From Novakomyces olei (taxonomy: Eukaryota): 64,000 nucleotides of DNA. Shown here in pieces: positions 51,501 through 63,558 of the stretch. The DNA lies in contig JADEYG010000005.1 of the NCBI GenBank assembly GCA_016906335.1, positions 372,001-436,000 of the forward strand. The letters are read 5' to 3'. Within the stretch, counting starts at the first letter, position 1. Each line of letters starts with the position of its first letter. A program made the translations under genes and the position numbers. The notes below the pieces were generated by a model. The model was not told the origin of the DNA. It did not search any database and worked only from the letters and a program-made list of their open reading frames with translations.

Positions 51501-54500
51501 TTGTAAGCTTCTTTGTTCGCCTTCGTATTGAGCAATCGGCACAGCAATGTCGTATAAGCTCAACTGCCAGAATGTGACATAGAATTCGCGGGAAAAAGAC
51601 TCGTCTTGAATCGGAATATCCAGCATAACCGTTTCCATCAGTGATGACCACGATGAAGGCACTTTTGATTCAGCTGAAGGGGTGGAAACTGCTTTTACTG
51701 GTGAAGAGTTGCCGGCAGCGTTATTATTTGCCTCTGCAAGTTCTTTTCCGCCTTCTGCGGAAGAGTCTATTTCGCCTTTGTCAGAATGCTCGACCGTCTT
51801 TTGATCATCCTTTGCCAAAGACGTTTGATCTGTATTTTCTTGAACTGCACTATCCTGCGCACCATTTTCCTTTCCTCCATTTTCCTTGCCTCCGTTTTCC
51901 TGCTCTGTAGGACTGTCTCTATCCAAATTCTCTTCTGCTGGATTCGCCTTAACTGAGCCTTCGTCAGTTCCTCTGCTGGGGCCCTGTTGGTCGTCCTGGA
52001 ATTCTCCATCTTCTTGAGACCCCTGACGACTCTGCTTGCCCACATGTCCATCGCCCTTCGCGTCGTCACGATACTGGGCAATAAATCTTTTAAGAATGGG
52101 CCGAGAAATGTGGAAGGCAACAACAGGCTCAATATCAAACTCTGATAATAATCTGCCTATCGATGGAACCATCTTCTCATACGTGTCAGGCGTTAAGTTT
52201 GACATGAGCAATAAAGTGTACAGCTGCAATACGTCATTGCACTCGTCCTGAAGATTTGCAAGCAATTTCAAATGGCTCTTGGCCTCCTTGGAAACGCGGA
52301 AAGTGCATACTTTAGACAGCTGTGCAAGTAGGACGAGTATAGGCCCTGAAAGTTGGTCCTTTTCCAAACAGTCCATAAGACGGGTAGAAGATTTCCGTAG
52401 CAATGACCTTTTTTCGTTTATCAGAGCCATCGATTGTGTAGCCAGCACTTCTCCCCCCGATAAGCCCTGTAATTGGGCTTCCGATAAGTTTACTTGAGGC
52501 TGCAATCCTGCCATTTGTCCGATAAGCTCCTTGAACACAATCAAGTCATACGGATTATTGGACTTGATTTGATTCACCACGTACGCAATAATAGGCAAAG
52601 GATCCAAAGTAGAGTACCTGCGGAATAAACGGCCCGTAAATTGTGCTAAACCCTGAAGCCATTGTGCAATACTCGTTCCGTCTTCCTTGAGCCGTTTCTT
52701 GTGCCCATTGGCGGCTAAAGAATTTAGCAGAGTAAAGCTTAATACGTCATATGAGCAAATTGTGATTGACTTGGCCGCATCCACCACGACTTCCACCATA
52801 TTATCGTAAGATTCAATTTGGTTCAACATAATCTGAAACACAACACACGGGTTCGCGTGCGATATTTTGGAAATAACCTTGCCAATCAACTTAACGTTTT
52901 CTTTTGTCAGCCTTCTTAACGCTGATTTTGTCTCCTTCTCAGCAATGGCTAATTTCACTTTTAGTTCCGGGTATTCTTTGTAAATTGCCAGAGACCAATC
53001 ACCGTAAAGGCCAAAGCGGACAGGATAAGAAAAGTACTTGATTACGCCATAAATCTCATTCACCAAACCTGGGTTCGCACCAGCCATGGGGATACAGGGA
53101 AGAAGAATAGTGCGGCAAATTCTGACCCACATATCTTCAGCAGTGGCCCTTTTGGTTTCCGACGGTCTCACATTTGAGCTTTTCAGGTCGGACCTTCCGA
53201 TCCGACAGATTTTGTAGATAAGACTAATATCTCTAGACAAAAACACAGAGGCCACACGTAATATTGGCACAATAATAGCGATAAAATCGTCCAATGTTTC
53301 ACAAATGGGAATATGCTCCCTGTAAGAATCGGCAAAGAAAAATTTCTCTCTGCTCCCGTTACTCGACCGTCTAACACTCGACGGATCTAGCGATAAGGAG
53401 TTGCCATTTTTGTTTATTAATTTTGCCTCTGTCGACGGCTTTTGCGCGGATTGAGAGGCATTTACCTGCAATGATAAAAGCGGCAAAGGTCTCAATGGCT
53501 CATACAGCCGAGCTATCATTACATTGCAAAGGCGGCAAATATGCTGCGCAATTTGTGGGTGTGGCCCCACAATTCCAGGGTATTCTTGTAGCAGCCATGA
53601 AGAGACAGGCAGCTCGCCAATAGCAAGTAAAGATTTCAACAGTGGTACTATAGTCTCCGCTGGAGGTTGAGGCGGAAGTAAGGAATCAACGTCTGCCATG
53701 GCAACATCCTCTGCTCCTTCAGGGGCAAGACTTCCTGTCTGCTTATCTGATCCAAGGCTGGAAGATTCGGTTTCATTTGCAAGAGGAGCAGCCATTGAAA
53801 GAGCGTTCCCCTTTGCCGCAAATGCTTCATCATCCAGTTTCTTTCTATAATCGGATATTTGAGATTGAATTATGGACTTATCCGGTCTCAAATGAGGGTA
53901 AAGATCATTGATACTGATGAAGCGATACTTCAATGAAATTGCCGCCAAGTATATAAGCCTTTCAGTCTGTTCATTATCAGGAGACGAATTCAATTTGACT
54001 CCCAGTAATTGGGCTGCAGCATAGCTGGCTGGTATTGTAGTGCTTGTGGCTGCAAGAGAAGCAAAATAAGCTAAAGGGCCGGCAGGATACTGTACGATTT
54101 TGTCCAGTTCAGTGCGCTTTTCAGTTTCAGTTTCCCATGACCAATCGCACGAGTAAGCCTGAGCTTGCTGCTGCTGATCACGACGGAACCATGAACTGCT
54201 GGCAAAAAAGTGAATGAAAAACTGAGAATGCTGTACAATGTTAAAGGCAGCAATATCAAATAGCACGTCCAAAACACGATTAGGATCCAGATCGAAGTAA
54301 CCAATTATCTCTTCAACGTCCCGAGCCAGACTGATAACTGCATCATTGACAGTGTCCTTCGTATATCGCGACAACGCTGTAGTGACTTGTACTGTTAATT
54401 TAGAGAAGCCTTCGGATTCTTCACGAAACAGATTGAACCGCTGTTGTTTGTACAAAGTGGCCGTATTGATACGGATCTGTTTTTTTGCAAATGCTTGCGC

Positions 54501-54952
54501 GTTAGGAATCAGCTGAAGCGACTGTAATAAGCCGGGCTCAAGCCTTTCCGATGCATTAAACGGGTTTAGCCAGTCATTATTCTGGATCGGGTTAGTAAAG
54601 GACAAAAGACGTAGAGTCGAATCCAAAAAATAAATAATAGTGTCGAAATAACATAAGTGCAAAGTACCTTTAAGACTAACGAAATTTCTATCAGCCTAGT
54701 GCGATTCTGAGCAAAGCTTCCAGACGGCTCTGGGTATATTTCACAATCGTAAAGCCATAGCAAATCAAGTATGGCGTCCTCGGCGCCCTCTTGGTTCCTT
54801 AAAGGCGCCAGCGCATTCAAAAGACTCGTTTGATCGAGAGGTTCGGACACATTTGACAAGTGATTGTCCAGAGTATTTTGTAATTTATTGTACAACTCGA
54901 CACCCGCGACTTGCGCGCAGTGTTTTGATGGCTCAATGTCGGCCAAGGCCAT
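48559..54952 (-). CDS. THO2: THO complex subunit 2
   Basis: Four exons (introns about 54667-54581, 51455-51265, 50929-50761). LYKQQRFNLFREESEGFSKL, IGYFDLDPNRVLD, RRLTKENVK, ISHANP, NQIESYDN, FYVTFWQLSLYDI, ILQYCIYPR, TCSEREAQNYGRFL, EYMHIKNA; long disordered R/S/E tail. Confidence 0.95.
49336..49489 (-). repeat. Coding 12-bp tandem repeat in THO2 (RENP/RETP/KETT tetrapeptides)
   Basis: About 12 degenerate copies giving PRENPRETPRENPRENPRETP...KETTKETPKET. Confidence 0.85.
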
Positions 54953-55043
54953 GATTTAATCCATCTCGTGGGTCTCTAGATGGATCATCAAGACGGACAT
55001 GACAGGATTATCATTGTCTTTTTTTTTTGTAAGGGAGACAGTA

Positions 55044-55236
55044 ATATATACAACCGGATTATATTTATTTTTATTTTTATTTTTATTTTTATTTTTATTT
55101 TTATTTTTATTTTTATTTTTATTTTTATTTTTATTTTTATTTTTATTTTTATATTTATTTTTATTTTTATTTTTATTTTTATTTTTATTTTTATTTTTAT
55201 TTTTATTTTTATTTTTATTTTTATTTTTATTTTTAT
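55044..55236. repeat. (TTTTTA)n hexanucleotide microsatellite, about 30 units, in the THO2/ATG3 divergent promoter
   Basis: Visible repeat with a single interruption. Confidence 0.96.
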
Positions 55237-55332
55237 TTATATATATACGCGTACAACAGTAATTAGCAGCGCATACTATAATAACTATTGCCCGAATCCA
55301 TCTCGGCCGATCAAATCGCAAGCAGCAAAACA

Positions 55333-56335
55333 ATGCAGTCTTTACAGTCACAATTTGCGTCATGGCGGGAGCATTTTACACCGGTAACTCACGAATCGTC
55401 GTTCCGCGCGACGGGTATGATTACGCCTGAGGAGGTAAGGTTGATTAATAACCTATTTATTTCATAAAGTTTGCAATAAATGCCGCAGCGACTAATACGT
55501 CTAGTTTGTTCAGGCGGGTGATTACCTCGTCTACAAGTTCCCCACGTGGTCCTGGTAAGCAAAAATAATCCAAGTATATGTCGTAGTCTAATCCTCAAGG
55601 CACGGCGGAGACGCGGCTCGGAGACGAGACTTTTTGCCGCCAGACAAGCAGTATCTCGTAACAAAGCATGTCCCCAGCTTGAAGCGCGCTAAAGCGTTAC
55701 AAGCAGAAATGGAGGACACGGAGATTAGCGAAGGCGGAGAAGAATGGATTGGAACTACTTTTGCGTCCGGCCATGAGTCGTCTGCTCAGGAAACTGCTCA
55801 CGAGACAGAGCCGTCTTTGGGCGACAAGGATGCTATCCCCAACCTGGAGGATATGGCGCTAGAGGAAGATGATGATGATGACGTAATTCAACAAGGACCC
55901 AGTGGAATTCTGGCCACCCGAACGTATGATATTTATATTACATACGACAAGTACTATCGCACTCCGCGGATATGGCTCTATGGCTGGTCCGAGTCACGTC
56001 AGCCGCTTAGTGTAGCTCAAGTGTACGAGGACGTTAGTGGGGATCACGTGGGCAAAACTGTCACAATCGAGACTTTTCCTCATCAGCCTGATTTGACTAT
56101 GGCTAGTGTTCACCCGTGCAAGCACAGTTCTGTTATGCGCACGTTTATTGCGAAAGCAGACGAAGCAGCACAGAGTGCAAAATTGCGGAGACAGCGGCTT
56201 AAACTGCCGGCAAGCCAGGAGGAAGATGAGGAGGCTGTTAGGGGCGTACGCGTGGACAAGTACCTGGTTTTGTTTCTCAAATTTATATCGTCCGTTATGC
56301 CTACCGTGGAAGCAGATTATACTATGCAAGTTTAG
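55333..56335 (+). CDS. ATG3: Autophagy E2-like enzyme Atg3
   Basis: [42 protein letters not shown]...[26 protein letters not shown]; catalytic [22 protein letters not shown]. Introns 55435-55504 and 55555-55599. Confidence 0.96.
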
Positions 56336-56888
56336 GCACAGTTTGGGTTGGTGTGGCTGCCAGCTTCTATGTGTGTGTATCTCACACAATTGCCACGTGC
56401 AATACACGTTGTGGCTCTCAACATACTGGGTTTACATTGACAATATGACAGCACTCTCAGTCTTGCATATAAAAAGGCTGTTGGCCATTACGTTTCTAAT
56501 CGCACTCTGAAATTTGGCTGTGGTTATCTTGTAAATTTCGGTTTTTTTAATTCCAATTTTTAAATTTTATTTTTTAAATTTCATTATTTCATTAATCGGG
56601 GAACGGATCGACTTTTTGGGATGGGTGTTTGTACCGGCCAGACATGTACACCAACTTGTATAGAAAACGGAACTTCTGGGAGAACGCTTGCATGTTTTAG
56701 TACTAGAGTAAAAGCAACAGAGCCCAATTATGGTCTTAAGATTGTCACAAAAAAAAATCCATTTATTCATGCACGCTCGTGCAAAATGTACACAATGCCA
56801 AAAGCCACACGGCCTTGCCCTTAGATGTCCAAGAACCGTGATTAGTCACTTTTATATTCATCAACTGCAGCCGGACAGAGCACCCATG

Positions 56889-57359
56889 CTACTTCTTTTT
56901 CGGACCCCCCAAAGGCGATCCAATATCTGAGCCTCGCAGTTTAACACCGAGCACCCTTTCCATTTTGCCCAGAATCTGCTGGTTTGGTACGGCACGTCCG
57001 CTTTCGTAGTCGTTTACGATAGTGGGTTTCTCGTTGATTCGAGTAGCCAGATCCTTTTGTGTAAGGCCCTTTGCCTGACGAGCTTTGCCAATTGCTTGGC
57101 CAACGTCCCGCGATACAGTAGACGGCGGTTTGACCTCATTTTCGCGATCAATCTTGGTCAGATGCTGCCCTTCCGTAGACTTGTGTGCCGTATTTCCTCC
57201 CGCACTGTACTTTTTGTCCGTATTCACTACTGCGCCAACTCTCCGTGCCGCATTTACTTCGCCCTGTGAGCGCGCTACTGTTGCCCTATTATGTGCAGAA
57301 TTGGCTCTTGATCCAATCTTTGTGACTGTGTCCCAGTCCGCGTTGCTCGGCTGCTGCAT
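56889..57359 (-). CDS. MBF1: Multiprotein bridging factor 1
   Basis: [22 protein letters not shown] motif [44 protein letters not shown]. Confidence 0.97.
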   Translation of the reverse strand: MQQPSNADWDTVTKIGSRANSAHNRATVARSQGEVNAARRVGAVVNTDKKYSAGGNTAHKSTEGQHLTKIDRENEVKPPSTVSRDVGQAIGKARQAKGLTQKDLATRINEKPTIVNDYESGRAVPNQQILGKMERVLGVKLRGSDIGSPLGGPKKK

Positions 57360-57714
57360 TTTGCTCTATTCGCTCGACTCACTCACCGACTCCTCACCGA
57401 CGCTGCGTCACCGAATTTATAGGATTGTGTATAGAATTTATTTTTTATTTAATCACAGAAAACAGTAGAAACGTCACTGCTCGCCATAGTCAGGGTTTTC
57501 TATTTCCCTGGGCACTGGAGCGAGATCTGGCAGCTCACGGTACAAGTAACCTACTGGCAATATTACTTGTTCCTGATTCGGTACGCGTAGCACGCACCCA
57601 TAACAAGGGATAAACAAAGACTGACGAGGCAAAATCAATCTGATCAATCTGATCAGTCTGATCAGTCTGGTTTGATCTGACGGCTGATTACAGTCACGAT
57701 ACGTCGTTTGCCTT

Positions 57715-57861
57715 GAATTGAATTTAATTGAATATAATTTCAATTCAACTAATTTCATTTCAATCAATTTCATTTTTATTTTGATTTTGATTTTGATTTT
57801 GATTTTCAATTCAATTCAATTCAATCAATTTCAATCAATTTCAATCAATTTCAATCAATTT
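57715..57861. repeat. Compound microsatellite (TTTTGA)n/(TTCAA)n/(TTCAATCAAT)n in the MBF1/OPY2 divergent promoter
   Basis: Visible adjacent short-period arrays; also (AATCTGATC)-like 9-mers at about 57636-57670. Confidence 0.85.
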
Positions 57862-57871
57862 GAACACGAAA

Positions 57872-59035
57872 ATGCTTCTCTTTGGCCGCAGCTGTGTTAC
57901 TTGCGACAGCACGAGCCCGTCTTGCCCTGTCTGTGCGCCCGACGAAGTATGTTCGCTCCAGGCACAGACGTGTACACAGTGCGCTCAGGCAGTGTGCATT
58001 AGTGTGAGCAGCAATAGCGGCAGTGGCGGCAGTAGCGGTCCAATTGCCTCAGTCCCTCGTCAGGCGGGGATCGGAATAGTCATTGGCACTGTCCTCGGAG
58101 GCGTTCTCGCCTGTGCGCTTATTGCCCTCGTCGTCTACAAGATCGCTCGCCGGCGCCAATTGCTTCGGCACTATGCTTCGGCTATAGCCCACGACGGCCA
58201 TACGCGGGCTGCGGAAAAGCAGACGGAGGATTACTTGCCCGTTGAGTTTTTCGACGGAGGCAGTATCAACTCGGGCCGCGCTTCTTTAGCTTCCTCCCTC
58301 ATCTCTCGCGCCTCTAATATTATCCAAATTGGGTTTATCGGGTCACCACGCCGTTCACGTCATATTACTCTGGCGCGTAACGACGCGTCTGCCTCTGCTT
58401 CTGCTTACGCGTCTGCCGCTGTAGCATCGCCCTCGTCGCCAGAGCAACGGGGGTATATCTCCAATACGCACACGGGTGCTCCGCCAGTGCCCGAGATTCC
58501 ACACGTCTATACTCTGCCACCAAGACGGCTTTTCGCTGGCAGCAGTGATTCTGGTCAGAATTCTGGCCAAAATTCTGGTCAAAATTCTGAACGAGACTCG
58601 GCACTGCACCAGTCGCTCGTTGTGCTGGAAGAGGCGCCTCGGCCAATGCACGTGCAAAATGCTCGGCCCAAAGTTGTGTCGTTTAGTCACTTGCGTAATT
58701 TGGTTCCTCGAAGCATGAGCGACCAAAGTATTACGGAACTTGTACAAAGCCGGAGGAAGCAGGCACCTGCAAAGGCTGCAAACGACGGGCACAGTGAGCC
58801 TCAGGTCGAGCATCAAGAGGCAAAAACGTTGGTCCAGGCTGGACAAGCGACTACGGGTCGAGCGGAAGGAGAAGGAGAAGGAGAAGGAGCACTCGGGAGC
58901 AGTATTCCGGCCATCGATGAGGAGGATGGAGTAGAATTGGGGGAGCAGATTGGTGCTCGGGAGAGTCAAATGCCGCTAGAGAACGATGGGGATAAATCTA
59001 ATAGACATCAAGCACTAGGGCTGGGGAAGGAGTAA
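57872..59035 (+). CDS. OPY2: Opy2-type single-pass membrane anchor (HOG/filamentous-growth MAPK signalling)
   Basis: N-terminal 8-Cys domain CVTC..SPSCPVCAPDEVC..QTCTQCAQAVC, TM helix (IVIGTVLGGVLACALIALVVY) and cytoplasmic SRASNIIQIGFI motif. Confidence 0.88.
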   Translation: MLLFGRSCVTCDSTSPSCPVCAPDEVCSLQAQTCTQCAQAVCISVSSNSGSGGSSGPIASVPRQAGIGIVIGTVLGGVLACALIALVVYKIARRRQLLRHYASAIAHDGHTRAAEKQTEDYLPVEFFDGGSINSGRASLASSLISRASNIIQIGFIGSPRRSRHITLARNDASASASAYASAAVASPSSPEQRGYISNTHTGAPPVPEIPHVYTLPPRRLFAGSSDSGQNSGQNSGQNSERDSALHQSLVVLEEAPRPMHVQNARPKVVSFSHLRNLVPRSMSDQSITELVQSRRKQAPAKAANDGHSEPQVEHQEAKTLVQAGQATTGRAEGEGEGEGALGSSIPAIDEEDGVELGEQIGARESQMPLENDGDKSNRHQALGLGKE

Positions 59036-59528
59036 ATATACTAAACAGACGCCAGGCCAGGTGGGCAGTGGTGGGAGAGGTTTTATCATAGGTCTTGTTA
59101 AATAAGCATTTTCTTGTACATTAATACATTGAGTTTGGAGGCGTGCCGGGTCGAATCTCTCTAGGACGCGTCGCGTAAAACGAATACTCGTTCTGCCGCG
59201 CCAAAGTTTAGGGTAGTTTAGGGTTAGTCAGAGGTTTATAGAGCGAGTATTAGGGTTTAAACAGAATTGTCATTTATTCATTTAAATACAAGGCACACAC
59301 GATTACTTGTCGTTGTAGTGTGCAGCGCGTGGTATATAGTGTGGTATATAGTATACTGCCTCTGTGAAACAAGCAACACTGCGGCAGCATTACTTGCGCA
59401 GTCGTCCAACCAACGAAAACCCTTACATTGCACGGCAAAAGCTGTCGGACCACTACACAAACGTATACGAAAAAGGGAACCGGATCAAAACCTCGCAAGG
59501 CCCACAGAGCAATTGATACTTGAGCGCA

Positions 59529-60089
59529 ATGTTTGCAGTCCGCGGTCTTCGTCTGGCTGCCGTGAATGCTCGCTGTGCCTCAACGGCTTCTGCCGGCGTG
59601 GCAAAAGGAGTAGCGGCACAGCGGCTATTTTCGAGCTCTATGAGACGGATGGCAGACGCCCACGGGTCTACAAAGATCTCGCCGCGTGACGATGTCACTG
59701 TCGCTCAGGCATTGGAAGAATTGGAAAAAGTCGCAGAGACACGTGACCTGATTGCACCGGGAACAAAAGCTGGTTCCGTGCCGACTGATTACGAGCACGC
59801 TACCGGTCTGGAGCGTTTGGAACTGCTTAGCAAGATTGCCGGAATGGACTTTTTCGACTTTTCTACTCTGCAAGCGGACCGCGTTGGTACTCTCAAAGAC
59901 CCAATTGCTGTCGATTCTTTTCATCATACCCGCTACGTCGGCTGTACCGGATCACCCGCTGACTCACATCAAACGGTTTGGCTCACGCTGGGCCGTGATG
60001 CTTTCTCTCGCTGCCCAGAGTGCGGTTCTGTTTACAAGATGAATTATTTGGGCGAGGAGGAGGATCCAGAGCTGCTCCACCACCACTAG
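59529..60089 (+). CDS. COX4: Cytochrome c oxidase Zn-binding subunit (yeast Cox4 / COX5B family)
   Basis: Arg/Ala-rich mitochondrial presequence; PGTKAGSVPTDYEHATGLERLELL, RYVGCTGSPADSH, RCPECGSVYKM. Confidence 0.96.
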   Translation: MFAVRGLRLAAVNARCASTASAGVAKGVAAQRLFSSSMRRMADAHGSTKISPRDDVTVAQALEELEKVAETRDLIAPGTKAGSVPTDYEHATGLERLELLSKIAGMDFFDFSTLQADRVGTLKDPIAVDSFHHTRYVGCTGSPADSHQTVWLTLGRDAFSRCPECGSVYKMNYLGEEEDPELLHHH

Positions 60090-60460
60090 AATTGGGAGTA
60101 AAATTATCACATTAGCGAAGTTGTGTAGCAATAAGCAGCAATTACTATTTACTATAATCCATCCAGTATTATGGCCCAGTAGAGGGCGGACTTTGTCGAT
60201 TTGTCACTTTGTCGATTTGAATTACAGTTTATTCATTGCGAGTCTACTAGTCTACACTGTGACTAACGCCATTGATATCTCCATTGATCAAGTTTTGTAT
60301 GGGCCATGTGCTGCTTTGTGTTGGGTATAATGTCGCGTCGTTTTTATTGGTATAGTTGCTAAAATAATATCATTAAAACATACTAGTAGTAAGGCTTACT
60401 ATAGAGATGAAAAAATAAATAATAACATCCTTTAAACATACGAGGCTTAATATAGATGAT

Positions 60461-60467
60461 AAAAAAA
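60461..60467 (-). terminator. RNA polymerase III terminator (T7 run) of the tRNA-Arg gene
   Basis: T-run a few nt downstream of the tRNA discriminator base on the minus strand. Confidence 0.8.
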
Positions 60468-60473
60468 TAATTA

Positions 60474-60547
60474 AGCCCCACGCGAGGGTCGAACTCGCAA
60501 CCTCCGCTTTAGAAGAGCGATGCGCTAACCAATTGCGCCAGCGGGGC
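60474..60547 (-). tRNA. tRNA-Arg (anticodon TCT), intronless
   Basis: The reverse complement GCCCCGC TG GCGC AATTGGTTA GCGC A TCGCT CT-TCT-AA AGCGG AGGTT GCGAG TTCGACC CTCGC GTGGGGC T folds into a complete cloverleaf with A and B boxes. Confidence 0.95.
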
Positions 60548-61030
60548 GATACCCTAATCAAGGAATTCTCATGGACCATTACGCACGAGAATACTGCCAA
60601 TCTGAGATTTTTAAAAATATATTCTACATTAAATATTTAATTTTCATGTGAGATTTACCAATTCACTGCACCCATTAATCAAATGCCGATACGCACAAGT
60701 ACTTCTATATCCTTATCGTCGTCACTTAACAGACAAAACTAGATAAATTTGCTCAGACAACTACTAACTATGCTAAAAATTATAATATCCCATATTGTGC
60801 AACCCAATTCGCTCCATGATTGCAATGCGCTCTGTAATAATCCATCCAGATGACGAAAAGAGCCCAAAAACAGCGTGTATACCAAACTTCTTGAATACCG
60901 TCTAAAAGCAATAGCAAACGTCACTTTGCCTCTCTCTCAGTCTCGCTGTATTTATAATGCCCAATATTGACACGAATACAGACACACGTTCTTTTGAGCA
61001 TCTCTCTTTTCTTTGCTTGGCGTCCTTGTT

Positions 61031-62026
61031 TCAAAAATTGACAGCTGCCCTATGATGTCGGCCTAAAAAGAGCGGTCCATGACCTGATCTCTCGGACATG
61101 GGTGCAGCTGGATCGTTGACAGGATGCATAAACTCGGAAGAATCAGAATCGTCGCTGCGACCCGATCGTCGGAAAGGCCACCAGCCCTTTATTCGGGCCA
61201 GGATAAGCAGTGTAATTAAAATAATCAAGAACCCTCCAACGCCGACAACAACGCCAACTACAATTCGGTTATTATGTGACAGTCCACTTTGCGAGTTGGA
61301 TGTTTCGTCACTGCTGCTCACTTCAGCAGCTCTTGTTGCTGAAGCATGTGCCGTAAATACAATAGTAGTGTAGCTCGTAAGTGGTGAGCCTCCCTGGGAA
61401 GTGGGCGAGGCTACAATGGCAACAGTACTGGTGTACACAGACGCAGAGTTCCCACTCTCAAGCGCAGTTTGAGCAGTGCTTGAGGCAGACGTGGTTGATT
61501 GTGGAGTCGATGAAGACGAGCTAGAAATTGTTGAGGAGGAGGTCGTAAACGTAGAAAGGCTCGTTAAAGTAGACGATGGAGTAGTCGAAGTTGACGAAAC
61601 CGGGTCCGACGACGTGAAAAAGCTGGTTGAAAGTGAAGAAGAAGAAGAGTCTGTTGTAGTTGATGACTCTGTAGACGAAGGCGTAGAGGAAACAGTAGAG
61701 CTCTCATCTGTGGAAACGCTGGAAAACAATGAGCTTGAGCTTGTGCTTGTGCTGGTGCTGGTGCTTGTGACTGAACTGGACGGCGACGACTCGGTAGAGG
61801 AGCTCAGAGTCGTGGAAGGTGGTGCCGAGGAGGACGAGAACAGAGTCGAGCTGGAGGACAAGCCCGAAGATTGGGTATTGATCACGGTTGCATTGCCTTG
61901 AAAATCTTGGCGGCGTATTAGCTTTGCCCGGAAGCAGTTCCCCTCGTTTCCTTGGCAATCATAAGCGCAAGACACGGCCACTCGAGCTTCAAGCAGCAAA
62001 AGCAGCCATTTCAGACGCAAAAGCAT
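61031..62026 (-). CDS. Mid2/Mtl-type cell-wall stress sensor
   Basis: Signal peptide, long Ser/Thr-rich ectodomain, juxtamembrane GLSHNNRIVVGVVVGVGG plus TM helix, short cytoplasmic tail. Confidence 0.8.
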   Translation of the reverse strand: MLLRLKWLLLLLEARVAVSCAYDCQGNEGNCFRAKLIRRQDFQGNATVINTQSSGLSSSSTLFSSSSAPPSTTLSSSTESSPSSSVTSTSTSTSTSSSSLFSSVSTDESSTVSSTPSSTESSTTTDSSSSSLSTSFFTSSDPVSSTSTTPSSTLTSLSTFTTSSSTISSSSSSTPQSTTSASSTAQTALESGNSASVYTSTVAIVASPTSQGGSPLTSYTTIVFTAHASATRAAEVSSSDETSNSQSGLSHNNRIVVGVVVGVGGFLIILITLLILARIKGWWPFRRSGRSDDSDSSEFMHPVNDPAAPMSERSGHGPLFLGRHHRAAVNF

Positions 62027-63558
62027 AATCCCTATTGATCAAGAGAGCCGCACCCAGAAAGGGTGGGTCCACACTACGTACCTCGCAAAGATTTCGGTAG
62101 AGTATAGTCGGTAGTGTGGTCAATTCGTTGAGTGGGGAAAATATAGAGGGACCAGCTTTAGAGTCGATTGGAGGAGTAAAAGTGCAGGACACTGAAGCGG
62201 CTAGAATCAGGTACCTCGGTGCATGGGCAACGAACGGTAAAGGCAGGCCTCCTCCCAATGCAACTTAAAAAAAGAAAAAGAAAAAGAAAAGAACAAAAGA
62301 CAAGAACAAATCGCACGGAAAGTGTACGACCTGGAGCAGATCGATGCTTTCGGCCACAATTTAGTGATCGTGAGACGCAAGCAAAAAACGGCAATAAGAA
62401 AGAATCAGGTAGACGGCTGTTCCGGTTACTTGGAACAATAAGATGGGTTTTATATTATGTACTCATTGAATGTAATGCATTTATTATAGTGGTGTGCAGC
62501 GTAAAGGAATTCTCAATGCAACCGGTGCAAGCGAAACCCCGCGCATCGTGCGTGATTCATACGAGCCTCAAACAAAATGGCCGATATTAGAATTAATAGA
62601 CAGTAGGGAGAAATATTGACAATTATCTTAATATTCGTTGCACATGACGAACGTGTCTGCCAAACGTACAAGTGTGATCGTTGCAAAGTACAATTAAGCT
62701 ATTGTGTGGCCTTTACATGGCCGCTAACGTTGCGTGTAGGCGCTTCTCACTTTTCCACTCATCCCCGATTGGGACGGGCCGGCCGTTATGCACGTGTATC
62801 ACGATAATCACTTTTATGTAAGATTGATATTGGAATCGACGAACAAGTAACATTGTACGAAAATTCACATACTAATACTAATAATAGTTGTTCACAGTTG
62901 AGTTTACAAGCCAGTAAATTAGCTTGAATGTCACCTAAATCTTGAAACAATAACTATTATTGTCGAAATATTCTATTATCCCCTCATGTTATCTTTTATC
63001 TATCCAATTGTCATTTCAAATACATTTTTTGAGGCTTGTTTTCTTTTGCTCTCTTAGATATCTGTTTGATAATATAAAGGTATTTACACCGCTCAAGTAA
63101 GCTCTTTTATCTTTGGGGGATTCAGTCGGAGCTTTTGTGTGTTTGTATTTTAAATATTTTACTACAAGAAAATTTTCCAATTTTAAATACAAATAATAGT
63201 ATTAATATTAATTAGTGTTGAATTAGTATTGTAATTAATATTAATATTAGTATTGTAATTATACTAATAGTTTAGTATTCTATCCAGACCCATTCATTAT
63301 AAAACGCTATTAAACAAAACTGCACCCTTCACCTGCTGAGCCGCCTTTTCTTTCTAGCACTGCCTCCCCCCTCTGCAACACCGCCACTTTGTCATAACAC
63401 CAAGTCCCCCTCAGCCAGAGGGGAACAAAGAATTGAACAAACTCACAAAGTAAGTAAAATTTAAACATAAGTAGAACATTAATAAATATAATAGACAAAT
63501 TATAATAGTGAGACCCAAAAAAGTAAAGGCAAGCATGAACCAACTGTCTTTTCGATTT

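Noticed and set aside
60474-60547. tRNA as an anticodon-switched tRNA-Thr (loop CTTCTAA versus CTTGTAA)
   Set aside because: The body (GCCCCGCTGGCGCAAT..TAGCGC, TTCGACC, U73) fits the usual fungal tRNA-Arg(UCU) pattern as I recall it; no evidence of recoding.
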